A DNA stretch of 64,000 nt, taken from positions 32,001 to 96,000 of the forward strand of contig JBCCEA010000010.1 in assembly GCA_039030515.1 (NCBI GenBank). The letters are read 5' to 3'. Origin of the DNA: Myxococcota bacterium. GTDB lineage: Bacteria > Myxococcota_A > Polyangia > Polyangiales > Houyiibacteriaceae. The notes beneath the pieces were generated by a model, which searched no databases, was not told the DNA's origin, and saw only the letters and a program-made list of their open reading frames with translations. A program made the position numbers and the translations under genes. How positions within the stretch are numbered: the first letter of the stretch is position 1; every line of letters begins with the position of its first letter. Below are positions 30,625 to 42,759 of the stretch, one piece after another.

Positions 30625-31923
30625 CTAGGGCGACAGTCGATTGAGCATTCGTGGAAAAGGGATCGTTTCGCGCACGTGCTTAAGTCCACAAAGCCACGCG
30701 ACGGTGCGCTCAATCCCCAACCCGAAGCCCGAATGGGGAAAACTGCCGTGCCTTCTCAGGTCGAGATACCAGTCAAAGGCCTCGGAAGGCAGTGCGTGCT
30801 CGGCAAGCGCATGTTCTAGACGACTCAAACTGTCTTCGCGCTGTCCCCCTCCGACGATCTCACCGTATCCCTCCGGCGCCAATATATCCATGCAAAGCGC
30901 CCGAGTGGGATCTTCCGAGTCGAGCTTAAAGTAGAAGGCTTTCAGGTCCTTGGGGTAGTGAGTTACTACTACCGGTCGATCGAAGTGGTCGCTTAAGATG
31001 GTTTCTTCGTCTCCACCAAAATCCTCACCAAAGCCTGTTTTGTTTCCTGCCTGTTCCAGGATATGGAGTGCCTCTTCGTAGCGGATTCTTGGAAATGGCT
31101 TCTGGATTGTTTGGAGTTTACTTAGATCGCGCTCGAGTACTCGAAGTTCCTTCTCTCTGCGAGAAAGAACACGACTTGCGATATGAACCAAAAGTTCCTC
31201 TGCCAGATCTATGTTTCCCCGTAAGTCGAGATAGGCCACCTCGGGTTCGACCATCCAGAACTCACATAGATGTCGCCTGGTCTTGCTTTTTTCTGCGCGG
31301 AACGTAGGTCCGAAACAATAGACTTTACCAAAGGCCGCAGCTGCAGCCTCGTTGTACAGCTGCCCACTTTGAGTCAAGTAGGCGGAGTCGCCATGGTAGT
31401 CCGTTTCGAAGAGAGTGGACGTGCCCTCACATGCATTTGGCGTGAAGATTGGAGCGTCGATTAGGGTAAACCCGTGATCATCAAGATACCCGCGGATTGC
31501 CGCAACGATCTCTGCCCGAATCCGCATGATCGCGTGTTGTCTCTTGCTTCTGAGCCAAAGATGTCGGTGGTCCATGAGGAACTCGGTTCCATGTTCCTTG
31601 GGCGTGATCGGGTATGCACTGGTTGGTTCCGCAACCACCGAAAGATGTTGCACCCCAATTTCAAACGAGTCCTTCTCTTTGGGGTGAACACGCACTTGGC
31701 CGACGAGCTCGATAGAGGTCTCCTGAGAAAGATGTGCCGCGCGCTCAAATACCGACGAGTCCACATCGCCCTTGGAGACGATCGCTTGCGTGATTCCTGA
31801 GCCGTCACGTACTTCAAGAAATTGAAGTTTCTTACTACCCCGGCGGTTGTAGAGCCAGCCCCTTATCCGGACGTCCTCGCCGACATGATCTCCAAGACTT
31901 TCGATGTAAACATGCTTCGCCAT
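30625..31923 (-). CDS. asnS: Asparagine--tRNA ligase
   Basis: OB-fold N-terminus, [47 protein letters not shown]. Confidence 0.95.
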   Translation of the reverse strand: MAKHVYIESLGDHVGEDVRIRGWLYNRRGSKKLQFLEVRDGSGITQAIVSKGDVDSSVFERAAHLSQETSIELVGQVRVHPKEKDSFEIGVQHLSVVAEPTSAYPITPKEHGTEFLMDHRHLWLRSKRQHAIMRIRAEIVAAIRGYLDDHGFTLIDAPIFTPNACEGTSTLFETDYHGDSAYLTQSGQLYNEAAAAAFGKVYCFGPTFRAEKSKTRRHLCEFWMVEPEVAYLDLRGNIDLAEELLVHIASRVLSRREKELRVLERDLSKLQTIQKPFPRIRYEEALHILEQAGNKTGFGEDFGGDEETILSDHFDRPVVVTHYPKDLKAFYFKLDSEDPTRALCMDILAPEGYGEIVGGGQREDSLSRLEHALAEHALPSEAFDWYLDLRRHGSFPHSGFGLGIERTVAWLCGLKHVRETIPFPRMLNRLSP

Positions 31924-32002
31924 CGTACGGACCCCTACCGCGTTGAGATGAAATCCATACCGCGTTGAGCACGGCTTGGCGAGGTGGTATCAGAGCGCGA
32001 CA

Positions 32003-33001
32003 ATGGTTGTATTTGAAACGAGAAGGATTCGGCGCTTCGTCGTACGCATAGAACGAGGCGAGAGTCTCTTGGAGTCGCTCTCTAATTTTGCCGCCCAGCA
32101 CGATATTCAGTCGGGCTGGGTACGTGGGATCGGGGCGTTCGAGCGGGTCGCCCTCACCCAGTACGATCAAGTGGAGAAGAACTACCTGCCCGGACGGGTG
32201 TTCGAAGGCGCCATGGAGATTCTTAATCTCGGCGGCAACCTTAGTCTGCGTGATGATGAGGTATTCCCGCACATTCACGTCAGCCTGTCTCGGGAGACCG
32301 ACAACGGGGTTGAGGTGCTGGGGGGACATTTGGTTGAAGGAGTCGTGTTCGCTTGTGAGCTGTACATTCAGGCGTTCGACGACATCAGCCTCGAGCGTTG
32401 CGAAGACGAGGACACGGGACTTGCTCTTTGGGGGGCATCATCCGGAATAGAGATAGATTCCAGCACCGTTGGCGCAGAACACGCGTCTGCTGTTTCCCGG
32501 CGTGCAATCAAAGGTACCCCCTCAGAAGCGCTGAAGTCCCGCGCTCAGCCAAGTCGACAAGAGCTTGATGCTTCGAATGCGGATTCTGCCATGCCGGTCG
32601 GATGGGGAGCGGTCGCGGCTGCTTCAAACGCTTTGGAACAAGCGTCGTCTCCCGCCTCTATCGAGATTCCGGCGCGACGGGGTCGAAAAAAATCGCTCAG
32701 AAAACAGGCTGCGGAGGCGTCCGTACCGGCTTTTGTACCGGATCCCGTTTCGGGTCGTCCGAGGCCTAAGGTCGAGCCGTTGGAGGATAGGGTGCCAGAG
32801 CGAGGGGACTGGGTAGAGCATCAGCAGTTTGGACTGTGTCGCGTCGATCGGGAAACTGAAGGCGGCAGCGTGATCCTTCGGTTGCCCAGTGGTTCGCGCA
32901 AGGCCATCAAGCTCGACTACCTCGAGGTTCTCAATCCGCGTTTTGATTCCGGCAGGACCATTTATCCTCTGCGTCCCAAGCGCAAGCGTTCCGAACCATG
33001 A
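32003..33001 (+). CDS. DUF296/PPC-domain protein with disordered basic linker and C-terminal Tudor-like domain
   Basis: R...GE.L..SL, GIGAF, EILNLGGNL, HIHVSL...GGHL (PPC); tail GDWVEHQQFGLCRV. Confidence 0.8.
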   Translation: MVVFETRRIRRFVVRIERGESLLESLSNFAAQHDIQSGWVRGIGAFERVALTQYDQVEKNYLPGRVFEGAMEILNLGGNLSLRDDEVFPHIHVSLSRETDNGVEVLGGHLVEGVVFACELYIQAFDDISLERCEDEDTGLALWGASSGIEIDSSTVGAEHASAVSRRAIKGTPSEALKSRAQPSRQELDASNADSAMPVGWGAVAAASNALEQASSPASIEIPARRGRKKSLRKQAAEASVPAFVPDPVSGRPRPKVEPLEDRVPERGDWVEHQQFGLCRVDRETEGGSVILRLPSGSRKAIKLDYLEVLNPRFDSGRTIYPLRPKRKRSEP

Positions 33002-33004
33002 CCG

Positions 33005-35176
<2,172 letters not shown>

Positions 35177-35564
35177 CGAGCTCCATGAGTTTGGCGCAGG
35201 CGCTCTGCAGAATGCGCCTTGTGTCTTGTTTGTGACGGTAAGGGGTCTTTCTGTTTACAATACGATGAGGCATCCGAGCCAGTATGTCCACGGATTGAAC
35301 CACTGGGTGCCTTCGTTTTCTTGGTTCGCTCCGTTGTTCGATGGAGACGCTGGATTTTACGTCTGGTCGGGGCTCGGGTGGTTCGCCGCAAAGGAATCTG
35401 TTCGCGTATTCCCTTGGATTCGCGTTTTCTCTGGATTTGCGCCAGTATCAGGCTCTTTTTGGCGGCGGCGTTTGATTCCTGGCTGTGGGTCGGTCAAAGG
35501 GATGCGCCGAGTCATCAGCTGCGAACGAATCCAGCGGCGCAAAAGGGATGAATAGGGTTCACGC

Positions 35565-36815
35565 ATGACATCACCAATCGGATTGGGTCCAGAGCTCGAG
35601 TCAAGAAAAAACAAAGTAACCTCATGGTTTCCTCGCGCGGAGCGCTTTTGGCAGCAGTTTGGCACTCCCGGCGTCGCAGCCGCAGCCACCAAGCGCTGGT
35701 TTGCGCTCGACCTGCTCAAATTTTTGGCCGTGGTGCTGATGGTGCAGGGTCATCTGTTCACTGTGGTTCTGGACGACGCTGTTCGAGCGGAGGGTTGGTA
35801 CACCTACCATAGATACGTACACGGATTTACGGCACCTATTTTTTTCTTTACTGCTGGGATTGCCTTTGGATTTACCACCCTTCGTCGCTTGGAGAAACAC
35901 GCTGTTTGGAACCGAGTCGTCGCGCAACGAGTCCGCAAGTACTTCGTGGTTATCGGGATTGGCTATTTGCTTCAGTTGCCGCAGATGAGTCTGTGGTTTG
36001 CGTTCTATCCGAGGAGTTTGGATGAATTTCAGGAGATTACGAGATCGAACGCTTTGCAGTGTATCGGAGTGACTCTGATCTTGCTTCAGCTGGCGATTCC
36101 TTTGGCACGCACCCGAAAAAGGTTTGTGTCATTGACCTGGGGGGCTTTGCTGTTGCTCTCCATCGCGGCTCCGATGGTTTGGCGTTTTCCCGCGGATGTG
36201 TTTTTTGCTGCACCCATCGCGGCATACATCAACGATTCTACGGGCTCCATTTTTCCCCTGTTTCCCTGGGCGGGATTCATCGCCGCAGGAGTGCTTGCGG
36301 CAGACTGGGTTACGCGGGATGTCGACCTACCAAAGAATGTTGGCGTCCGATTTGCGGTAGTGGGTCTCGGGATACTTTCTTTATCTTGGTTTCTAAGCGA
36401 CGCCGGATTCAATCCGTTTGGTGAACACAACTTCTGGAAAACCAGCCCATTTTTTTTCGGTACGCGTATAGGCGGAGTTCTGTTGGTGTTTTCGGCGATG
36501 TGCTTCTTGGAGCCGCTCGGACGTACAGCTGGGCCGGCCATTCGCGGTATGCAAATAGTGGGACAGGAAACGCTGGTTATCTACGCGGCGCATCTCGCCA
36601 TTCTTTATGGATCCCCACTATGGCTTGGTTTGAAAAGTGTCCATTCCCACGATACCGGCTTATGGAACGCGTCGCTGTATGCGTCTCTCTTGCTCGGATC
36701 GATGACGGCACTTGCCATCGTTTGGCATCGTCTAAAAGTAAACCACCCGGTGAACTTTCGCTGGGTGATTCGAGGTCTTTGGGGCGGCGCATTGTACTTT
36801 CTGCTGCTGCACTAG
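35565..36815 (+). CDS. Membrane acyltransferase-like protein (heparan-alpha-glucosaminide N-acetyltransferase/DUF1624 type)
   Basis: LDLLKFLAVVLMVQGH, APIFFF..G, LQCIG, FPLFPW, L.IY..H; multi-TM. Confidence 0.75.
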   Translation: MTSPIGLGPELESRKNKVTSWFPRAERFWQQFGTPGVAAAATKRWFALDLLKFLAVVLMVQGHLFTVVLDDAVRAEGWYTYHRYVHGFTAPIFFFTAGIAFGFTTLRRLEKHAVWNRVVAQRVRKYFVVIGIGYLLQLPQMSLWFAFYPRSLDEFQEITRSNALQCIGVTLILLQLAIPLARTRKRFVSLTWGALLLLSIAAPMVWRFPADVFFAAPIAAYINDSTGSIFPLFPWAGFIAAGVLAADWVTRDVDLPKNVGVRFAVVGLGILSLSWFLSDAGFNPFGEHNFWKTSPFFFGTRIGGVLLVFSAMCFLEPLGRTAGPAIRGMQIVGQETLVIYAAHLAILYGSPLWLGLKSVHSHDTGLWNASLYASLLLGSMTALAIVWHRLKVNHPVNFRWVIRGLWGGALYFLLLH

Positions 36816-36838
36816 TTACTCTCTGCTGCTGCACTAGT
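36795..36838. repeat. 2x22-bp tandem duplication spanning a stop codon
   Basis: TACTTTCTGCTGCTGCACTAGT / TACTCTCTGCTGCTGCACTAGT. Confidence 0.85.
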
Positions 36839-36994
36839 TACTTTTTGCCGCTGAGCTGGGCCGAGCGAACACGGATCGATGACTGGCCCGTGGGTCACGT
36901 CTCGTGTTCTTCAGAGGGTGTGCGCTTGGGCTGTTGTGGACCTAGCCACTGAAATGACAGACGAGAAGTTCGCGCTATGCATGCAAATTGCGCC

Positions 36995-37987
36995 CTAGCG
37001 TCGAAGTCGGATTCTCGGGTCAAGACGCGCAACGGCGATATCTGCGATGAGATTGCCTGCTTGGACGGTGATCGACGTAATCAACACCACGGCGGTGACC
37101 ATGTAGATATCAAGACTTGCGATCGCCTCTATGGCCAGGCTTCCCATGCCGGGCCACGCAAAGATATGCTCCGTAATGATGGCGCCGGTAACGAGAAAGG
37201 CCGTTTGAAGACCGAGTAGAGTGACGATGGGGAGTAGGGCGTTACGCATCGCGTGCGAGACAATGATCTGCAGTTCCCCAATTCCTTTCGCACGTGCGGT
37301 GCGCACGTAGTCTGCGTTTAGGGTTTCCACCATTTCGCTTCGCATGATTCGCGTGTAGGTGGCTGCGCCGACGACTGCAAGAGCAAAAGCAGGCAATATC
37401 GCATGATGGAGGTGCTCTAGAGCCGTGTTTCCATAACCGCCTACCGGAAACCAACCCAGGTTCGCGCATAAAATGAGCAGAAATAATGGGCCTGTGACGA
37501 AAGTCGGTAGGCTGATTCCCAGAAGCGCTGAGCCTATGATTCCAGTGTCGATCCAAGTGTTTCGACAAACTGCGGCAAGGGCTCCCGCAAATACTCCGAT
37601 CACCAACTCAAACAACAAGGCAAGACTGCTGAGCAATAGTGTGCGAGGTAGGCGAAGCGCTATCACTGCGGCCACGTCGTCCTGATGCGTGAGCGACTCT
37701 CCCAGATCACCTTGCAAGAGCCCGCAATAGCCACGTCCACCATCGTAATTCCTCGACCCAACACGCAGACAAGGCCTCGCTCCCAGGTAGGCGGCGAACT
37801 GCTCTGCGATAGGCCTATCGAGTCCATATCGAGCTTCAAACTCTTCTATTTTTGCAGGGGTTGCGTTGGGACCCAATTGGACTGCGGCCGGCTGTCCGAT
37901 TCCGAACATCAAAAAGAAGACGGCAGTGAGCACCATGAACACCACAAATATCGACCATAATGCACGCTGAATGATAAAATTTATCAT
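36995..37987 (-). CDS. Peptide/nickel ABC transporter permease (DppB/OppB-like)
   Basis: GDLGES, ADYVRTARAKG EAA loop, HAMRNALLP, E.IFAWPGMG. Confidence 0.93.
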   Translation of the reverse strand: MINFIIQRALWSIFVVFMVLTAVFFLMFGIGQPAAVQLGPNATPAKIEEFEARYGLDRPIAEQFAAYLGARPCLRVGSRNYDGGRGYCGLLQGDLGESLTHQDDVAAVIALRLPRTLLLSSLALLFELVIGVFAGALAAVCRNTWIDTGIIGSALLGISLPTFVTGPLFLLILCANLGWFPVGGYGNTALEHLHHAILPAFALAVVGAATYTRIMRSEMVETLNADYVRTARAKGIGELQIIVSHAMRNALLPIVTLLGLQTAFLVTGAIITEHIFAWPGMGSLAIEAIASLDIYMVTAVVLITSITVQAGNLIADIAVARLDPRIRLRR

Positions 37988-38041
37988 GGGGTTTAGGAGT
38001 TCAGGGTTTTCAGCATGGGAGTCGGGCGCCCTAGGCTCGCG

Positions 38042-39820
38042 TCAACTGGCTCGATCCTTAGGAGCGTGCGTCTTTTGTTTCTGGGATTTCGTGGATGAAT
38101 CGGTTGCAGATTTGAATGGGCGAAGGGGTAAATCGAGCCATACATCGCGATAGTTGGCCGACCAAACAGGGTGAGGTCGATAGTTGCGTACATAAGGTTG
38201 CCAGGCTTCCAAGCTTCGGTCGACGAATGTAAATGCCCAAGGAGCCTCTCGAGCAAGAATATTGGAGGCCTTTCGGTAGAGCTTTTCTCTGCGAGACGTG
38301 TCTCGCTCCGCTCGCGCCTCGTCCAAGAGCTGATCCACCGCCGCGTTGCTGTAGAAGGAGCGGTTGTTCGAGTTCGTTTCCGCTATCGAACCTGAATGCC
38401 AGAGAAAGAGAAAGTTGTCCGGATCTGGAAAATCCATGCTCCATCCACTGAACGCCATTTGCGCTGTTCCTCGAGTTCCAGTTTGTTGCAAGTAGAGTGA
38501 AAAAGACACGTGGCGCGCCTTCACTTCAAGACCGATCGCGGATAGGTCCTGTTTGAGAAGCGCTGAAAGCTGTCGGGCCCCGGGGCTTTCTCCCATCCAC
38601 ACCGTGATCGGCGCGATTCCTTCGGCTCGCCAGCCTTCAGCGGTCTGAACTACTGGATGGCCGGCGAGGCGCATCTCTGTTCGCGCTTGCTCCAAATCAA
38701 ATCTCTGAGCGTGCTCAAGATCCGGATCAAAGCCCATCAGCTGAGGCGGAATAGGCTGTCCGTGGGGACTGATGCGTCCTCCGCGCGCACGTGACCAGGC
38801 CTCTCGATCGATCGCAAATGCGACCGCTCTTCGAATGTGCATGTTGTCGAACGGAGGCAGCTCCGTATTCATGGCGAATCCCCAGAGTGTGATCTTTGGG
38901 TATTCATGCATAAATGGATGCCAGCCGGAGAAATCTCCGCTCTTGAACAAATGATAGTGTGCGACAGAGAATCGATGCGCTGTGTCGAGATCTCCATTGA
39001 GGAAACGGGTTACCGCCAAGTTTCGACCTAGGTTCTCCAAGAATATCATCCGATCCACGTAGGGTTTCCCCTCGTTCCAGTACTCGGTATTCCTTTCGAA
39101 AATAAGGCGGACTCCTCGCTCCCAGTGCAGCAATCGGAAGGGGCCGGTGCCGATCGGTGTTTTGCGAGGGTCTCGTCCCTCGGCGTACATCTCCTGAGGT
39201 ACCGGGTATGCAAACGGCATGGCCATCGCGTTCAGAAACGTCTGGTCCGGCTCCCGGAGGCGGAATCGGATCGTGTGTCGGTCCAAAACTTCGATTCCTT
39301 CGACATGTTCCGCATCTCCACTATGAAAGTCCTCCGCACCAACGATGGCCTTGTAGAAGGGAAATCCAGGAGAGTGTGTATTCCTGTGCAGCATATGCTC
39401 CATCGACCATCGGACCGAGTGGGCTGTCAGTTCCTCCTGGTTGTGGAAACGTATGCCTGGCCGCAACCGGAACGTGAAGCACATGCCGTCTGCCGAAACA
39501 TCGGGTAGCGCTGTGGCCAAGCTCGGCACTAGGCGAGCATCCCCATCGTAGTCGAGTAGTCCGTCAAAGATGAGTCGAATCGCCGTGCTCGAGAGTTCAT
39601 CAAAGGACACGTGGGGGTCCAGCCCTCTTACGTTGGACTCGTGATGAAAAGTGAACGTGCCGCCATATTTCGGAGTGCTGTGGCCGCTGCCTTGATACCT
39701 CGGCGCATTCGGTATGAGAGAAATGTGGGCCAGCGCATAGAAGCAAGCGGTGACGATGCAGGCGATTATCGCGATGGGGACCAGACTCGTTTTCGAGTGC
39801 TTGATCGAACTACGGCGCAT
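38042..39820 (-). CDS. Peptide ABC transporter substrate-binding protein (family 5)
   Basis: LDPH, F.LRPGIRFH, PIGTGPF, RRAVAFAIDR, W..DFPDP. Confidence 0.92.
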   Translation of the reverse strand: MRRSSIKHSKTSLVPIAIIACIVTACFYALAHISLIPNAPRYQGSGHSTPKYGGTFTFHHESNVRGLDPHVSFDELSSTAIRLIFDGLLDYDGDARLVPSLATALPDVSADGMCFTFRLRPGIRFHNQEELTAHSVRWSMEHMLHRNTHSPGFPFYKAIVGAEDFHSGDAEHVEGIEVLDRHTIRFRLREPDQTFLNAMAMPFAYPVPQEMYAEGRDPRKTPIGTGPFRLLHWERGVRLIFERNTEYWNEGKPYVDRMIFLENLGRNLAVTRFLNGDLDTAHRFSVAHYHLFKSGDFSGWHPFMHEYPKITLWGFAMNTELPPFDNMHIRRAVAFAIDREAWSRARGGRISPHGQPIPPQLMGFDPDLEHAQRFDLEQARTEMRLAGHPVVQTAEGWRAEGIAPITVWMGESPGARQLSALLKQDLSAIGLEVKARHVSFSLYLQQTGTRGTAQMAFSGWSMDFPDPDNFLFLWHSGSIAETNSNNRSFYSNAAVDQLLDEARAERDTSRREKLYRKASNILAREAPWAFTFVDRSLEAWQPYVRNYRPHPVWSANYRDVWLDLPLRPFKSATDSSTKSQKQKTHAPKDRAS

Positions 39821-39897
39821 GTCTCACAGACTCTCTCGGCATCGAAACAAACGAGCGTACACAAGTCGATGCGTTGAAACGGTGGCTCCACGCTCGG

Positions 39898-40764
39898 CTA
39901 GAAATCTTTCGGGTCAAGTGCATCGCGCAGTCCTTCGCCCAAAAGGTTAAAGCCGAACACCGTGATGATGAGCAGGACGCTCGGATAGATCATCAAGCGT
40001 GGTGCGAATGTCATGATTTCCTGACCTTCCCTCAGCATCGTTCCCCAACTGGCTTCGGGCTCCTCGACACCAAGACCCAGATACGACATCGCGGACTCCG
40101 CCATGATCATATTGGCGATGAGCGTGGTGCTCAGGATCAGTGCCGGCGCGAGCACGTTCGGTAACACGTGTCGGACGAGGATTCTCGCCCGCGACATGCC
40201 GAGCGCCCGGGCCGCATGCACAAAATCAAGCTCCCGAATCTGCTGAGTTTTCGCCCGGGTTACTCGGGCCAACGTAGTCCAGGAGAGTCCGCCGAGAAGT
40301 GAGGCGAGCGTCCACAGGCCTGGCTCTTCGATCACCGCGCGTATCGCGATAGCGATCAGGAGAAAAGGCATGGAGAGTAGGATGTCGATCAGACGCATGA
40401 CGATAAGGTCGAACACGCCACCAAGATACCCGGAGGTGATTCCGATCAGGAGTCCAAGCGCCGTGGCGAGGCCCGTCGCGGAAACCGCGACGAGTAGAGA
40501 AGTCGCGCCTCCGTGAAGTAGTCGTGAGAGCTCGTCTCGCCCAAGAGGATCAGCGCCGAGTGGGTGCCCGTCGACCGTTAGGGGCTCCGCCGGAGTGCCT
40601 CGCTCCGTAAGCAAACGTTCGCGCTGTTGTCGCGTGTGATCATGGGGCGCGACCATCGGGCCGAACAGTCCTATGGCGGTCACGATCGACACCAAAACAG
40701 CTCCGAGCATCGCCGCCGGATTGTTTCGGAATCGCCGCCAGCTTCGCGGATCCATCATGTGCAT
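39898..40764 (-). CDS. Peptide ABC transporter permease (DppC/OppC-like)
   Basis: HPLGAD.LGRD, DFVHAARALG, HVLPN, SWGTML, FNLLGEGLRDALDP. Confidence 0.93.
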   Translation of the reverse strand: MHMMDPRSWRRFRNNPAAMLGAVLVSIVTAIGLFGPMVAPHDHTRQQRERLLTERGTPAEPLTVDGHPLGADPLGRDELSRLLHGGATSLLVAVSATGLATALGLLIGITSGYLGGVFDLIVMRLIDILLSMPFLLIAIAIRAVIEEPGLWTLASLLGGLSWTTLARVTRAKTQQIRELDFVHAARALGMSRARILVRHVLPNVLAPALILSTTLIANMIMAESAMSYLGLGVEEPEASWGTMLREGQEIMTFAPRLMIYPSVLLIITVFGFNLLGEGLRDALDPKDF

Positions 40765-40818
40765 AGGGAATCAACTTGTATTCGGGTCGATGGTCGGGGT
40801 CGCTGACCTCACTCGAGT

Positions 40819-41715
40819 TCAGGCTGAGGGGCTCTCGCTCGTCGCATGATCGATATTCGCCGCTCGTTGTCCCTTAAGCTTCGGCGATGACTCCCCCATG
40901 TGATGTTTCTTGATCACGTTTGCGGTTTCCTGAGGTCGCTCCTCGTTTGGGGCATGGCCGCACCGATCCAGTACGGTCAGCGTTGCGTTGGGGATTTCAC
41001 GAGACAGCCTTTGGCCAAGCTCCAAGGGGAAAATACGGTCTTCTTCTCCCCAGATCACCGCTGTTTCTGCACGAACCATCGGGATAAGGGGAACCAGTGA
41101 ATCCATGGATATCGTGGCCTTTAGGCAGCGATAGGCTGCCTCTCGGGAGAGAGGGGGGGTGAACTCCTCGTAGTATTCGTCCACGCTTCGCTCATCGATA
41201 TTTGGATGGTCGCTCCAGACTTCGCGCTTAAAGTAGTCGCGGAAGATCGGACGACGGTAGAGGTGTTTGAACAAGAAGGGACCGATCACGGGCATCAGAG
41301 GTAAGCGCCCTTTTAGCGGGATTGAAAAGGGGTAGCATGCGCTGTCGATTAGGCTGAGCTTCCGAACCCGGCTGGGGTGCTGCGCTGCGTATTGAATCGC
41401 GATGCTACCGCCCATGGAGTGACCGCAGATATCGACCTGCTCAAGCTTGAGGTGGTTGAGGAGTAGGTGGAGCGTGTGGGCAAAACTCGCGCGGGTGTAA
41501 TCGAAGCTGTCAAGGGGCTTGTCGCTTCTACCGAATCCCAGCAAATCAGGGGCGATACACCTGAAATGAGGCGAAAGTAGGGGAAGCACGCTCCCCCATT
41601 CCTTGTGATTCACCAAGAATCCGTGAACGAGCAGGAGGGGAGGGCCTTCACCGCACTCCGACCAGAACAAACGGTTGCCTCCCAGAACGGCCTCGTGATT
41701 TTGCTGCGTTTCCAC
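40819..41715 (-). CDS. Alpha/beta-fold hydrolase
   Basis: LVHGF, PDLLGFGRS, GHSMGG nucleophile, WGEED, CGHAP. Confidence 0.92.
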   Translation of the reverse strand: METQQNHEAVLGGNRLFWSECGEGPPLLLVHGFLVNHKEWGSVLPLLSPHFRCIAPDLLGFGRSDKPLDSFDYTRASFAHTLHLLLNHLKLEQVDICGHSMGGSIAIQYAAQHPSRVRKLSLIDSACYPFSIPLKGRLPLMPVIGPFLFKHLYRRPIFRDYFKREVWSDHPNIDERSVDEYYEEFTPPLSREAAYRCLKATISMDSLVPLIPMVRAETAVIWGEEDRIFPLELGQRLSREIPNATLTVLDRCGHAPNEERPQETANVIKKHHMGESSPKLKGQRAANIDHATSESPSA

Positions 41716-42099
41716 AAGCGACGGTTACCCACTCCGAGGAACTTCGTCAATAGGCAGCGCGTTGATTCCAAAGGAATTTCGCTTGATAGCGCTACTCGCA
41801 AGGTGACTTCCGCCCACGCTTAGTCCTCCCGATTCTAGGCGCAAAGGCGCCTCCGGATTCGCCTTGGGTGGAATGCGTCGCTCAAGGAGTCGCCCCAAGA
41901 GCCTTAGGAACGAGAACCCCTCGCAGCCGTCCGCTCGTAGCTGCCGCTCGGCAGCTTTGCGACATCCCGCGCCAAGATCGATGTGAACCATAGGCGATCG
42001 CTTTCGATGCTGAGATATGGATGTTTGAGCTGTTCTCGGCTTTTTTACCGGCGCAAATAGGTCTTTATCTCTGTAATTTTAGTATCTTGAAAAAAACTT

Positions 42100-42146
42100 T
42101 TGACCAAATTATTTTTAGTAGAATATATTCAGATGCATCAACTGAA
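42100..42146 (+). promoter_or_regulatory. Putative sigma70 promoter and dyad operator of the MerR-like gene
   Basis: TTGACC(42100-05)-N18-TATATT(42124-29), then TTCAG-N9-CTGAA containing GATGCATC directly before ATG 42147; embedded in an AT-rich island. Confidence 0.5.
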
Positions 42147-42716
42147 ATGACTCTATCCAAAAGAATTAGACGACCATGTAAGGTCGAACCTCATAGACTA
42201 CGTAACAACTGGTCTGAGGTCGAATTTGAAGAGTTAGAACTCAACTATCCAGATGGTCTTACGGTGCAGCAAATTGTCGAACTCTTCAGCGCCAAGGGAG
42301 AGCGCTTTACCGAGGCGACATTCCGTAAATACGTCCAGTTAGGTCTTCTCCCACGTAGCGTGCGCGTTGGACGAAAGGGTAAGCATCGCGGATCGCAGGG
42401 TCTTTATCCAACTTCTGCAGTGCGTCAGCTGTATCTCATTCGACGTCTCATGCAGCAGGGATACACGATAGATGAAATTCAAAGGGAATTCCTGTTCATG
42501 CGCGGAGATATCGAAGCGCTCGGTCGCCAGCTTATTCGAGTTTATGGAGCCATCGAGGCTGCGATCGCGGAGCGCGAGCTGCGATCGTCCGCAGATCCAT
42601 CTCTGGCGCAAGCACTGGACGAGGCGCGAGGAGTGGGAGATCGACTCCTGGACACTCTACGCGGCGTCGAGAGGCGGCTCACTATGCAAGCACGGATGGA
42701 GCGCGCTGCGATCTAA
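42147..42716 (+). CDS. MerR-like winged-helix transcriptional regulator
   Basis: TEATFRKYVQLGLLPRS, G.Y....VRQL..IRRLM..GYTI.EI; C-terminal coiled-coil; ATG 42147 preferred over 42021. Confidence 0.8.
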   Translation: MTLSKRIRRPCKVEPHRLRNNWSEVEFEELELNYPDGLTVQQIVELFSAKGERFTEATFRKYVQLGLLPRSVRVGRKGKHRGSQGLYPTSAVRQLYLIRRLMQQGYTIDEIQREFLFMRGDIEALGRQLIRVYGAIEAAIAERELRSSADPSLAQALDEARGVGDRLLDTLRGVERRLTMQARMERAAI

Positions 42717-42759
42717 GCACTTGTTTTAATGAATTTAAATTAGAAGAGGGAGGGGAGCT

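Noticed and set aside
41725..42000. Possible sRNA or ORF upstream of the AT-rich island
   Set aside because: No convincing stems, terminator or coding signal by eye.
42021..42146. Longer start for the MerR-like gene
   Set aside because: AT-rich, promoter-like sequence with atypical codon use.
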